Shown: piece after piece, positions 37,032-44,661 of the stretch
Numbering within the stretch: the first letter of the stretch is position 1
Layout: each line of letters starts with the position of its first letter
IMG/VR virus record: IMGVR_UViG_3300037342_000011
Location: 7,466-71,465 of that record
DNA: 64,000 nucleotides
Strand: one strand, 5' to 3'
From: a virus
The notes under the pieces: generated by a model
Databases searched by the model: none
Seen by the model: the letters and a program-made list of their open reading frames with translations, nothing else
What the model was told of the DNA's origin: nothing
Program-made: the position numbers and the translations under genes

Positions 37032-37841
37032 TCAAGCCGCTGCGGCGAATAGCGCCGGTTCGGCTGCATCAAAAATCACAGCAACGCGATTGCTCACCTT
37101 GTTGAACGGCGGCATGTCAAGCACCTTCATATCCATCCGCATGACCGGGCCGGTCGGCCGGTGTTTCTCAGGAATGCGCGCCAGCTCTTCAGCGCTGAGT
37201 TCCCGTTCGGTCACGTCGCGGCGAATGAATGACCCGCGCCGGAACGAGGCCGGGAAGGATTCAAAGTCAATGCCGAGGTCGGCCAGCATGGCGAGCATCG
37301 CCTTCTGGTCTTGGCCGAACAGCGCCTTGTGTGAAAACTTACTCTGCGCGACCATGCTGATGGCGTTCTTCCTCGCGTCCATCGCGCGCCAGAGGAAGGC
37401 ATTGGCCGCCTCGTCCTTAGACGGAAGCTGGAACACCCGGCAGTCGAAGTGAGGCAGACGGCCGGCGAACTCGGCCGGGATCACGGTCGCGAACTTTGCA
37501 GCCGCCATAGACGCCAGCACGCTCACCATCTTCTGTACCTTGCCAGAGAAGATCACGTCGGACTCCGGCTTGTCGGCCAGCCACACAAGGCTGATCTCGT
37601 CAGACTGCGTGTAGCCCATCCGAGCGTCTGTCTTGTGGGCGAGATACTTGGTCGTCTCCACCATCGCCGCCGTCATCCTGGCGTCAAACGGACGTTCCAT
37701 GCCGCGCGTGAACGCCGAGAAGGCGCGCCCGTCAATCCTGGCGTATATCGGCAGCATTGGATCGAGCTTACGCGCCGTCTCGACGGCTTCGTAAGCCTTC
37801 ATCCGCGCGCCGAACTCGTCAGTGTCTTTCAGGCGGCTCAC
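37032..37841 (-). CDS. Thg1-like protein (tRNA-His guanylyltransferase / 3'-5' polymerase family)
   Basis: RMKAYE, ARIDGRAFSAFT, YTQSDEISL, FDCRVF, WRAMDARKN; GAGGAG SD before GTG 37841. Confidence 0.92.
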   Translation of the reverse strand: MSRLKDTDEFGARMKAYEAVETARKLDPMLPIYARIDGRAFSAFTRGMERPFDARMTAAMVETTKYLAHKTDARMGYTQSDEISLVWLADKPESDVIFSGKVQKMVSVLASMAAAKFATVIPAEFAGRLPHFDCRVFQLPSKDEAANAFLWRAMDARKNAISMVAQSKFSHKALFGQDQKAMLAMLADLGIDFESFPASFRRGSFIRRDVTERELSAEELARIPEKHRPTGPVMRMDMKVLDMPPFNKVSNRVAVIFDAAEPALFAAAA

Positions 37842-37851
37842 GCTGCGCTCC

Positions 37852-38382
37852 TCAAGTGACAACGGGTTCAAGGATAAAGCAGGCAATGTGGCGTCCGGTC
37901 CCTTTGCCTTGGGATCCATCCTCGGTCGCGTGCCAGCGCACGTCACCAAGATTGCGGACCTTCGTGCCGATGGCCGACAAAATCATAAGCACCCACTTAT
38001 CGACCGGATAGACCAGCACGACGCGCTTGCCTTTTTGCTGCTCGATGATCGCTTTGCGCACCCAAGCAGTCGGTCCTTTTTTCTTGCCTTGGTGGATTAT
38101 GGATCCGAAGGGCGGGTTGACGTAGCTCGACTTTCCCCACTCGCAGGTCAGGCCGTCGAATCCGGGCGGCAGCGGGTGCGGGCAAGGATCGAAGTCAAAA
38201 TGAAACTCAGCGTCGAGCGCGGCATAGAGCGCGGGCGGCGTGATCCAGTAGTGCTTCCCATCGTCGCCGTTGCCGACATGAAACTTATTCTCGGCTGGCG
38301 CGAGTTGCGATTGATGGCGCGGCGGATCCACTTCCCGCCCGTCGCCGTACAAATCGCCGTAAGTGCCACCACGCGCAACCAT
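37852..38382 (-). CDS. Phage DNA N6-adenine methyltransferase (Dam, T1/HP1-type)
   Basis: WITPP...EFHFDFDPC...DGL..EW...YVNPPF. Confidence 0.8.
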   Translation of the reverse strand: MVARGGTYGDLYGDGREVDPPRHQSQLAPAENKFHVGNGDDGKHYWITPPALYAALDAEFHFDFDPCPHPLPPGFDGLTCEWGKSSYVNPPFGSIIHQGKKKGPTAWVRKAIIEQQKGKRVVLVYPVDKWVLMILSAIGTKVRNLGDVRWHATEDGSQGKGTGRHIACFILEPVVT

Positions 38383-38394
38383 TCCAAATCGCTC

Positions 38395-38571
38395 CTATTT
38401 CGCCATTATGTGTAAGTGAACGGTGCTGAGAAACCGACCAAGGACATTAAGCGCCAGTTTCTTTAATTCGTAGTCGCTTGTCTCATGGGCAATTTCTAGC
38501 AGCCGGAATTGCTCATGGAGCGTGAGTTTATCCGGCGCTGGTTCAATGTAGCCCGCAATCATTGCAGACAT
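38395..38571 (-). CDS. Hypothetical 58-aa cassette gene
   Basis: TAGGAGGAG SD; ends AAATAGGAGCGA. Confidence 0.6.
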   Translation of the reverse strand: MSAMIAGYIEPAPDKLTLHEQFRLLEIAHETSDYELKKLALNVLGRFLSTVHLHIMAK

Positions 38572-38583
38572 GCCAAACTCCTC

Positions 38584-38853
38584 CTAATCCTTTACGTTGC
38601 ATTCACGACCAGCAGCGCGAAGCTCGGCGCACATCTGCTGCTCAAGTTTAGTTTCCCACCCGCCATATTCATCTTTATTGACGACGCACCGCGCCAGAAC
38701 TTTGTGCCTAGCCGAAACCGCGTCAGCGGCCCACTTGCAAGAGTCAAACGTCTGATAGCCGCCGATCTTAAGCCAGTCGCTATCAGCGCAGCTGACCTTA
38801 TTCCCGGCGTAGGTCGAAACTGGCAGACACATCAAAACCGCTAAGACGTACAT
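38584..38853 (-). CDS. Secreted Cys-rich protein
   Basis: AAGGAG SD; hydrophobic N-terminus; 6 Cys. Confidence 0.6.
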   Translation of the reverse strand: MYVLAVLMCLPVSTYAGNKVSCADSDWLKIGGYQTFDSCKWAADAVSARHKVLARCVVNKDEYGGWETKLEQQMCAELRAAGRECNVKD

Positions 38854-38905
38854 TTTCGGCTCCTTTGTTGTTAGCCCCCGCCCGCTTTCGAGAGCGGGGG
38901 CGCTT

Positions 38906-38993
38906 GTCATGCAAGACGAGATTCGAACTCGTTATCTAAGGCGCGTCTTGCGACGTTGGCCCACGCTGTACCCGCCAAGCTCCATTGCATGAC
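38906..38993 (-). ncRNA. tRNA-like RNA lacking a normal anticodon loop
   Basis: 9-bp closing stem GTCATGCAA/TTGCATGAC; T-arm ACGAG-TTCGAAT-CTCGT; D-arm GCT-TGGCGGGTAC-AGC; anticodon arm capped by CGTC-GCAA-GACG. Confidence 0.55.
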
Positions 38994-39006
38994 TTAACTC
39001 CTGTTC

Positions 39007-39219
39007 CTACAGACCGCGAGCGCGGTCAATGATCCTGTCGGCCCAAGCCGTAGCCGGAACCGATTTGCTTTCCGTCGCCTCGTTCCATGCCGCGTCAACT
39101 ATGCGCCGCAAGAAAACTTGCTCCCGGCACTCGCTCAAAGCGTAGCGATGAGCGCATGGCACAGGCGGCTTGTCGTCGGGGTGACAAGTGCATGGTCGAG
39201 ATTTATCTGTCCCTGCCAC
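39007..39219 (-). CDS. Cys/His-rich hypothetical protein
   Basis: TAGGAG SD; CTCHPDD...C...C. Confidence 0.65.
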   Translation of the reverse strand: MAGTDKSRPCTCHPDDKPPVPCAHRYALSECREQVFLRRIVDAAWNEATESKSVPATAWADRIIDRARGL

Positions 39220-39420
39220 GGTCGCTCCTATTTCACGTTGTCTGATTGACGGACAACTTCCATCGCCAGCATTAGATCGGCGGCTAGTTCCTCCGCCTCC
39301 CTGCCGCGTTGCTGGACTTCCTCGTAATGACTAGCCAAGTTTTTCTTTGCGACCGCCGAAAAGATCACGGCATGTTTGGCAAGCCTGTCGAACAAAGTAT
39401 CAGCCACGAAATTCTCCTAA
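39219..39420. repeat. 202-bp perfect direct repeat, copy 1
   Basis: Identical to 40289-40490 by direct comparison. Confidence 0.97.
39228..39407 (-). CDS. 59-aa helical protein (duplicated cassette, copy 1)
   Basis: TAGGAG-N6-GTG; MADTLFDRLAKHAVIF...QSDNVK. Confidence 0.65.
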   Translation of the reverse strand: MADTLFDRLAKHAVIFSAVAKKNLASHYEEVQQRGREAEELAADLMLAMEVVRQSDNVK

Positions 39421-39632
39421 TTATCGTTGAAGTCGTCGCACACAACCCAACCCTTATTCGGATTGTCGTGCGGCTTGATTGCGCCAGCAGCGATCATTTC
39501 ATCTAATTCCGCATCACGGTAGCGACCCGCCTCATAGGCAGCCCGCGCGCCCTCATACATGAAGCCGCCGCGCGTGGGTGCCATGCGGCGCATGTAATCG
39601 AGTTGGACCTTTGCCTTTTTGGATAGCACCAA
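39417..39632 (-). CDS. Hypothetical cassette gene
   Basis: AGAGGAG SD; ends TAGGAG. Confidence 0.6.
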   Translation of the reverse strand: MVLSKKAKVQLDYMRRMAPTRGGFMYEGARAAYEAGRYRDAELDEMIAAGAIKPHDNPNKGWVVCDDFNDN

Positions 39633-39647
39633 AATTCTCCTCTATAT

Positions 39648-39896
39648 TCAAGCCGAGCCAGCAGACTTGCCGCTGACCTCGGCGATTGCCTGACGATTGC
39701 CAAGCTCGACATTCTTGGCGACGACTTCCATCGCCTCACTTGGCGTCACGGCGCGCTGGTCTTGCAGCGCAACCAACTTGCCGAGCATGTTTGCCGCGAC
39801 CGCCAGCAATTCAAGCGATGACAGTTTCGGGGCGTGCTTGTTCACCAGCGCGCAAAGGTCTTGGTAGGCGACTTCATGCTCGGGGCGCGATCTCAT
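39648..39896 (-). CDS. Hypothetical protein
   Basis: ELLAVAANMLGKLVALQDQR; ATGA overlap. Confidence 0.65.
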   Translation of the reverse strand: MRSRPEHEVAYQDLCALVNKHAPKLSSLELLAVAANMLGKLVALQDQRAVTPSEAMEVVAKNVELGNRQAIAEVSGKSAGSA

Positions 39897-40288
39897 GTTC
39901 CAACCTTCTCGTTGCTTCCGTCCCATACGAACTCGCCGTCCGCACCTACCGAAAAGTGTGTGCCGCAGCCGCAGCAGAATGTCCCGCTGTAGAAATGAGG
40001 ATCACGCGCGTAAGTCTCGGCAAGCGATTGGCCCATTGTCGTCAGCGTTCCGCATTTCGTGTGAACGTAACTGCGGCGCACTGGACGCACGAAGCCTTTG
40101 GCGCGTTCCTCCTTCGCCAGCACCACATAGCCCTCTTGCTGGCCGTTCTCTTTCAGGCGGCGATGCTCCGGGTAAACTTGCGTATCATCCGTCAGCGTCG
40201 TGCGCGGCGCTGGCGAGCATTGGCACTTATAGCGGTCAAGGCCGCACGTCTCGCAGCGCCAATCATCGATGCCAAACCGCTTATTCAT
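39893..40288 (-). CDS. Conserved Zn-binding hypothetical protein
   Basis: GFVRPVRRSYVH..CG...AETYARDP.FY..TFCCGC. Confidence 0.75.
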   Translation of the reverse strand: MNKRFGIDDWRCETCGLDRYKCQCSPAPRTTLTDDTQVYPEHRRLKENGQQEGYVVLAKEERAKGFVRPVRRSYVHTKCGTLTTMGQSLAETYARDPHFYSGTFCCGCGTHFSVGADGEFVWDGSNEKVGT

Positions 40289-40490
40289 CGGTCGCTCCTA
40301 TTTCACGTTGTCTGATTGACGGACAACTTCCATCGCCAGCATTAGATCGGCGGCTAGTTCCTCCGCCTCCCTGCCGCGTTGCTGGACTTCCTCGTAATGA
40401 CTAGCCAAGTTTTTCTTTGCGACCGCCGAAAAGATCACGGCATGTTTGGCAAGCCTGTCGAACAAAGTATCAGCCACGAAATTCTCCTAA
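40289..40490. repeat. 202-bp perfect direct repeat, copy 2
   Basis: Identical to 39219-39420. Confidence 0.97.
40298..40477 (-). CDS. 59-aa helical protein (duplicated cassette, copy 2)
   Basis: Identical to 39228-39407. Confidence 0.65.
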   Translation of the reverse strand: MADTLFDRLAKHAVIFSAVAKKNLASHYEEVQQRGREAEELAADLMLAMEVVRQSDNVK

Positions 40491-41359
40491 GTTGTTTTCC
40501 GGCGTTTCAGACCGGATATGTATTTGGTGATCTCAGGCGCTAGAGTAAACCATTCGCCAGAAAGACGCAGCTTGGCGAACTTCTTATGCAGAACCTTCTC
40601 GCGCATCCTGCCGCCATCCGTGATCGCGAGCATTTCCATCTTTGCGTGATTTGCCGTTCGCATGTCGGCCATCCGCTTATGCGGCGAGTGGCTGTGACCG
40701 ATCTTAACGGTGTTGCCGTTGCGGATAAAATAGACGTACTGCTTCCGCTGCCGGAATGGCTTTTGCTTCCCGATCTTGGCAACCTCAGAAGGGTCTAGCG
40801 CCGGTTTTTCAGGGATGCCGAAGGTGCCGTATAGGTAGGTCTTGCTAACCCGGATACCGAGGGCGTGGATGGCCGCAATGGCTTCTGTGCGGGTCTGATA
40901 GCGGCGGCTCGTCCAAATCCGCTCCACGGCCTCTTTCTGCTCCTTGGTAAGCTCCCTAGAGGGGCGTCCTGACTTGGAGCGCCCGGCCTGACCGCGCCCG
41001 CTGTTGGCGATCATTTCAGTGGCCCGAATTACGGCCTTGGTGAATCCGGCTTGACCGGATTGCAAGCCAGAACTGCGTTCGCGAACTATGCCGCCAGCAG
41101 CCTTGATGGCCTCGATCCTTTCGGCCAGTGAGCGACGGCGCTTGGCGGGCTTGCCGAGAACCGGGGCCAGCAAAAACAACTCGTCCACTTGAACGATGCT
41201 GCGACGATCACGGCGCACGGAAGTAATCACGGCGTCGATGATCGCGCCGCTTTTGTCCTCAACATATATCTCGCCGTCGCTTAGGCGTTCCATCTGCCCT
41301 GCTGCCGCAAAGTGCGGGTGTGGGTTGACATAGCTGCGAATGTCTAGGTTTTCTGTCAT
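40487..41359 (-). CDS. Degenerate serine-resolvase-fold + HTH + T5orf172/GIY-YIG-like domain fusion
   Basis: Y...Q...IYVEDKSG...IVQVDELFLLA...IKAAGGIVRE...GRP..LTKEQ...VSKTYLY; C-terminal YVYFI...VKIGHS...R...E..LH..F...GEWF. Confidence 0.65.
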   Translation of the reverse strand: MTENLDIRSYVNPHPHFAAAGQMERLSDGEIYVEDKSGAIIDAVITSVRRDRRSIVQVDELFLLAPVLGKPAKRRRSLAERIEAIKAAGGIVRERSSGLQSGQAGFTKAVIRATEMIANSGRGQAGRSKSGRPSRELTKEQKEAVERIWTSRRYQTRTEAIAAIHALGIRVSKTYLYGTFGIPEKPALDPSEVAKIGKQKPFRQRKQYVYFIRNGNTVKIGHSHSPHKRMADMRTANHAKMEMLAITDGGRMREKVLHKKFAKLRLSGEWFTLAPEITKYISGLKRRKTT

Positions 41360-41416
41360 TTCCGGAAATAGCATACACACTTACTTGACAGCTTGTCAAG
41401 GCTGTGCTTATATGAT
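41358..41416. promoter_or_regulatory. Overlapping divergent promoters with palindromes
   Basis: CTTGACA-GCT-TGTCAAG gives TTGACA on both strands; minus -10 TATGCT; palindrome ATTTCCGGAAAT at 41358-41369. Confidence 0.6.
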
Positions 41417-41435
41417 GGCAACAGGGAGAGACATC

Positions 41436-41630
41436 ATGACCACCTACAGCGAACGGTTCGACGGAGCTACCGCCAAGAATGGGGACCGCTGCAACGGTTT
41501 TATCACCGAGGAAGATGGGCGCAGTTTCTACCATTACGGTGAGGGGTCGTCGGAGTACCAATCGGCAGAAATGCCGTGTATCCGCGTGGATATAACGAAC
41601 GCCACCCACTACCACGTAGTCGTCGGCTAG
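41436..41630 (+). CDS. Hypothetical protein
   Basis: AGGGAG SD; 64 aa. Confidence 0.6.
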   Translation: MTTYSERFDGATAKNGDRCNGFITEEDGRSFYHYGEGSSEYQSAEMPCIRVDITNATHYHVVVG

Positions 41631-41641
41631 GGACAAAAACG

Positions 41642-41812
41642 ATGCCAAGCGCCTTCGACGGATACCCACCCGACAAACCGATCATGGTGAAGTGCCGCGA
41701 TTGCCGTGGGTCTGGAAATGGGCCTTCGGCTAAGACGCGGGAAGGCGATATGTGCGACTACGAATGCCCGACCTGTAAAGGTGCGGGTCAAGTTTCATCC
41801 GACGAACAATAA
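41642..41812 (+). CDS. DnaJ-type Zn-finger mini-protein
   Basis: CRDCRGSG...CPTCKGAG. Confidence 0.6.
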   Translation: MPSAFDGYPPDKPIMVKCRDCRGSGNGPSAKTREGDMCDYECPTCKGAGQVSSDEQ

Positions 41813-41821
41813 AGGCCCAAA

Positions 41822-41995
41822 ATGCCGCACCCCATTAAGAAAATATACAAGCCGGGATCGACTGGAGCCAACCGCAAGAAAACCGGGATCACTCTCACGC
41901 AGATCAAACGCAACCTAAAAGCCGGGATGGTGAGCCGCCAGTTTTACTACTCGAACGGCGAGCTTGGCTGTCGCGCGCTCAACCTGTCAAAATAG
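41822..41995 (+). CDS. Basic 57-aa protein
   Basis: AAGG SD; co-oriented. Confidence 0.45.
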   Translation: MPHPIKKIYKPGSTGANRKKTGITLTQIKRNLKAGMVSRQFYYSNGELGCRALNLSK

Positions 41996-42102
41996 GCCGC
42001 AGCCATGTCACACGTCGAAGGTCCAGACTTTGAACGAAGCATCGAAGCCGGTCAGATATTGCGCGCCCTTTCCGGGGTACGATTCGGAAAGGGAGAACAA
42101 CC

Positions 42103-42669
42103 GTGCATTTTTCAATCGACACCATCATTGGACTCATCGCGTTGGGAATTGGCCTAATGGCACTCCCCACCATTTTTCAAATGTTCTACGGGCGTCCCAA
42201 ACTCATGTTTGAGGCTGATGATTTTACGGGGCCAGACGGAAGAATCTTGGTTTTGGCAATCAAGAACCAGCCAATAAAGAGCCGTTTTCTTCGCCTTATA
42301 GGCGTTGAACGTGAAGCCGGGGACGTAATCGCCTTCTTTGATATTCAGGAACTAGGCACGGGAAGAATCCTAACGCGATCAGTTACTGGCCTTCTGAATT
42401 GTGCGCCTCTACGGACGATGGGACTGCAAGCCCGCGCACTGCCTAACTTTACCGTTGGATTGACAGTCATCAGTACCCGCGAAGGCAGCGCACAAATCGT
42501 TGATGCTCGACCTGAAAAAGTTATGCCTATCGAACCAGGTCACTACGTCGCTCGTATTGCCATCGTGCGAGGTCAAAATACTTACCGAATTGATCAGGCT
42601 TTTAGAGTGGCAAATGCGGACCACGAGACTATTTGGGATCAGAGAAATGTGGTTAGCATCCTTCAATAG
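42103..42669 (+). CDS. Membrane-anchored hypothetical protein (IS passenger-like)
   Basis: AGGGAG SD; N-terminal TM helix; converges on transposase. Confidence 0.7.
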   Translation: MHFSIDTIIGLIALGIGLMALPTIFQMFYGRPKLMFEADDFTGPDGRILVLAIKNQPIKSRFLRLIGVEREAGDVIAFFDIQELGTGRILTRSVTGLLNCAPLRTMGLQARALPNFTVGLTVISTREGSAQIVDARPEKVMPIEPGHYVARIAIVRGQNTYRIDQAFRVANADHETIWDQRNVVSILQ

Positions 42670-43549
42670 CCGTTCCGAAAATGTCGTCGTTGAAGCGGTT
42701 GTTATATTTGAACTGGCATTCCGCGATGTAGAGCGGCAGGTACTTTTCGCTGACCTTGTGATACGAGCCGACAATCGACCGTTTGAAGATCGACCAGAAG
42801 CCCTCAATCGTTTGAGTATGAACCGCGCCGCAAACGTATTGCTTGGCACTGTGTTTGACGTAACCGTGCGGGTATTCGCCAAGGCCCTTGTAGGCAACCT
42901 GTTCGTCGGTCGCCAGCAAGCTAACCTTGGTCGATACGGTTTCGCGCACGAAGCGTTGCATATCGACAGCCGACAGGGTGCCAAGTACGCGGGTAACGAC
43001 GCTGCCCTTGCGCTCCACCGCACCGATGATCGCCGTCTTGAGGTGCAAGCCGTGTTTGTGGTCATGACCGCGTTTGGATTTGTGCTTGTTGTAGCCTTTG
43101 CCGCCGATAAAAGTTTCGTCCACCTCGACAATGCCCATCAGCTTGCGAAATTCTTTGTCCTGCAAAGCCGTGCGTATGCGGTGGCAGACATACCAAGCCG
43201 TCTTGTAGCTGCCGAAGCCCATGTGACGCTGAATTTGCATGGCGCTGATACCCTTCTTTGCGCCGAGCATCAGGTGAATGACCTTGAACCAGTCTTTCAG
43301 GTCCACTTTGGTGTTTTCAAAGATGGTGCCGACAAGGTGCGAGAAGCGATAAGCGCCGCCCTCACGGCAATCGGAGCATTCCCACTTAAATTTCATGGTC
43401 TGGAGCGGATAGACGTTGGTAGAGCCGCAGCGCGGGCAATGAACGCCCTTCGGCCAGCGGTTCGCTACCAGATAGTTGTCGCAAGCTTCCTCGTTCGGGA
43501 AAAGCTTGTCGAATTGGGGTGCCGTCAACTGATTGGTTTTCTTAGTCAT
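42653..43549 (-). mobile_element. IS1595-family (ISXO2-like) DDE transposase
   Basis: Zn ribbon CPRCG...CSDC, GTIFE, HTH, VEVDETFIGG, TDE, HTQTIEGFWS; GAGG SD before ATG 43549. Confidence 0.93.
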
Positions 43550-43573
43550 TTTCGCCTCTTTGATTGTGAGGCA

Positions 43574-43618
43574 AGAATAGCATGAAAAATCCAATCCGTC
43601 AAGTGGGGGGTAATCGCC
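43574..43618 (-). mobile_element. IS1595 left end with built-in promoter
   Basis: GGCGATTACCCCCCACTTGAC terminus; TTGACG-N17-TATTCT upstream of transposase. Confidence 0.65.
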
Positions 43619-44124
43619 ACAATTGACTTGCGGCTGTTGCCAGCCGCCGGATGTGTAGGAGCCTGGATTTGTTCCCGCTCCCGTGACGACGATGGTAGTC
43701 CCCGTCGTGCCGGATGCCGTCGCCGCGTTGTTGAAATTATACGCATTAAAGGTTGATGTGACCGATGCAGCAACGGAAGTCGTTGCGTTGTTGGTGACGT
43801 AAACTCCCGCTCCGCCGGTGGTTCCGGAAGTCTGGCTCACGATATTCGTATTAGCCGGTATTCCGGTTCCGGAGACGGCTGCGCCGATGGCGATGAAGCC
43901 GGTAACCGCTGACGTTGTGAGGTTGGTGCCGCTCCCTGTTGCGGTGAACGTCGCGGTAGAGGCCGTCGATGCTATCCCAAGTATCGATACGGTTTGTCCG
44001 ACGCCGTAGTTGTGCGCCACGTCCGTCGTGTAAGTGATCGTGCCCCCGTCAGCGTCAATGACCCGAATGCTGGAACGCCAGCCGCGATCATTAAAGCGGC
44101 AATAAGGACAAAGATGCGTTTCAT
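43619..44124 (-). pseudogene. Relic virion-protein gene, frameshifted and truncated by IS
   Basis: Signal-peptide start MKRIFVLIAALM is out of frame with TITYTTDVAHNYGVGQTVSI...; contains module close to one in the sheath. Confidence 0.6.
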
Positions 44125-44157
44125 GGGTCCAATCTACCTATAGTATGGTTAAAGGGA

Positions 44158-44460
44158 TTATAATACAATTTTACTACTAGCGCAAGTAAAGCCCCAAAAG
44201 GGTAGTGGGTCAGGTGCAAATAAGGCAAAAAATGCATATTTGCTGGGGTTCAAGCAGGATATTACGGCAAAACAAAAGTAGACCACGCAGATGGCGATGA
44301 TGGCCCATAGTACGATGTTGATCACCTGTATGATAACGCCGCCAGCAGCCCCAAGCTGCCCTGCCACGAATGGCAAGAGAATCTTGAGGATGGCGACAAC
44401 CGCGCAGATGACAATGAACCAGACGAACAGTTGTTCAATCCAGCCTAGTGAGAAGCACAT
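44158..44460 (-). CDS. Two-TM membrane protein
   Basis: AAGGA SD; highly hydrophobic. Confidence 0.75.
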   Translation of the reverse strand: MCFSLGWIEQLFVWFIVICAVVAILKILLPFVAGQLGAAGGVIIQVINIVLWAIIAICVVYFCFAVISCLNPSKYAFFALFAPDPLPFWGFTCASSKIVL

Positions 44461-44661
44461 GGGAAGTTCCTTTCCCTTTGTACCCCCGAATTAAAGATGG
44501 CATTCCACAGAGGACCATTCTGGCGCCGTCACCTGCTGCCAGTAAAGCCGCCGATGGCATCAAATTGGCCTACCTACATCATAGGGGTGGCGATGATCGT
44601 TTTGGCAAGTTCTGCAGCAGGGCTGATCGTGTCCCTGCTGCCGTTTGTATGGCCTAGGTGA

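Larger units (their letters stand above)
35102..43618. mobile_element. Candidate IS1595-associated cargo island / mini-gene cassette array
   Basis: IS1595 transposase and terminal repeat at right end; weak IR-like GGTGATTTTGTTCCTTTAAC at 35102; about 25 small ORFs between; no target duplication seen. Confidence 0.35.

Noticed and set aside
38906-38993. Canonical or amber-suppressor tRNA
   Set aside because: No 7-nt anticodon loop or CTA anticodon, no CCA; kept only as a tRNA-like RNA
39219-40490. DGR template/variable repeat or prophage att sites
   Set aside because: Copies are identical with no adenine-specific differences; no reverse transcriptase or integrase
36803-41359. Classical integron
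   Set aside because: No tyrosine integrase and no attC palindromes (RYYYAAC...GTTRRRY) between genes
42500-43585. 361-aa plus-strand ORF opposite the transposase
   Set aside because: Antisense shadow with no recognisable motifs
42653-44020. 455-aa virion-module/transposase fusion ORF
   Set aside because: Chance in-frame read-through across the IS end; the transposase has its own promoter, SD and ATG at 43549
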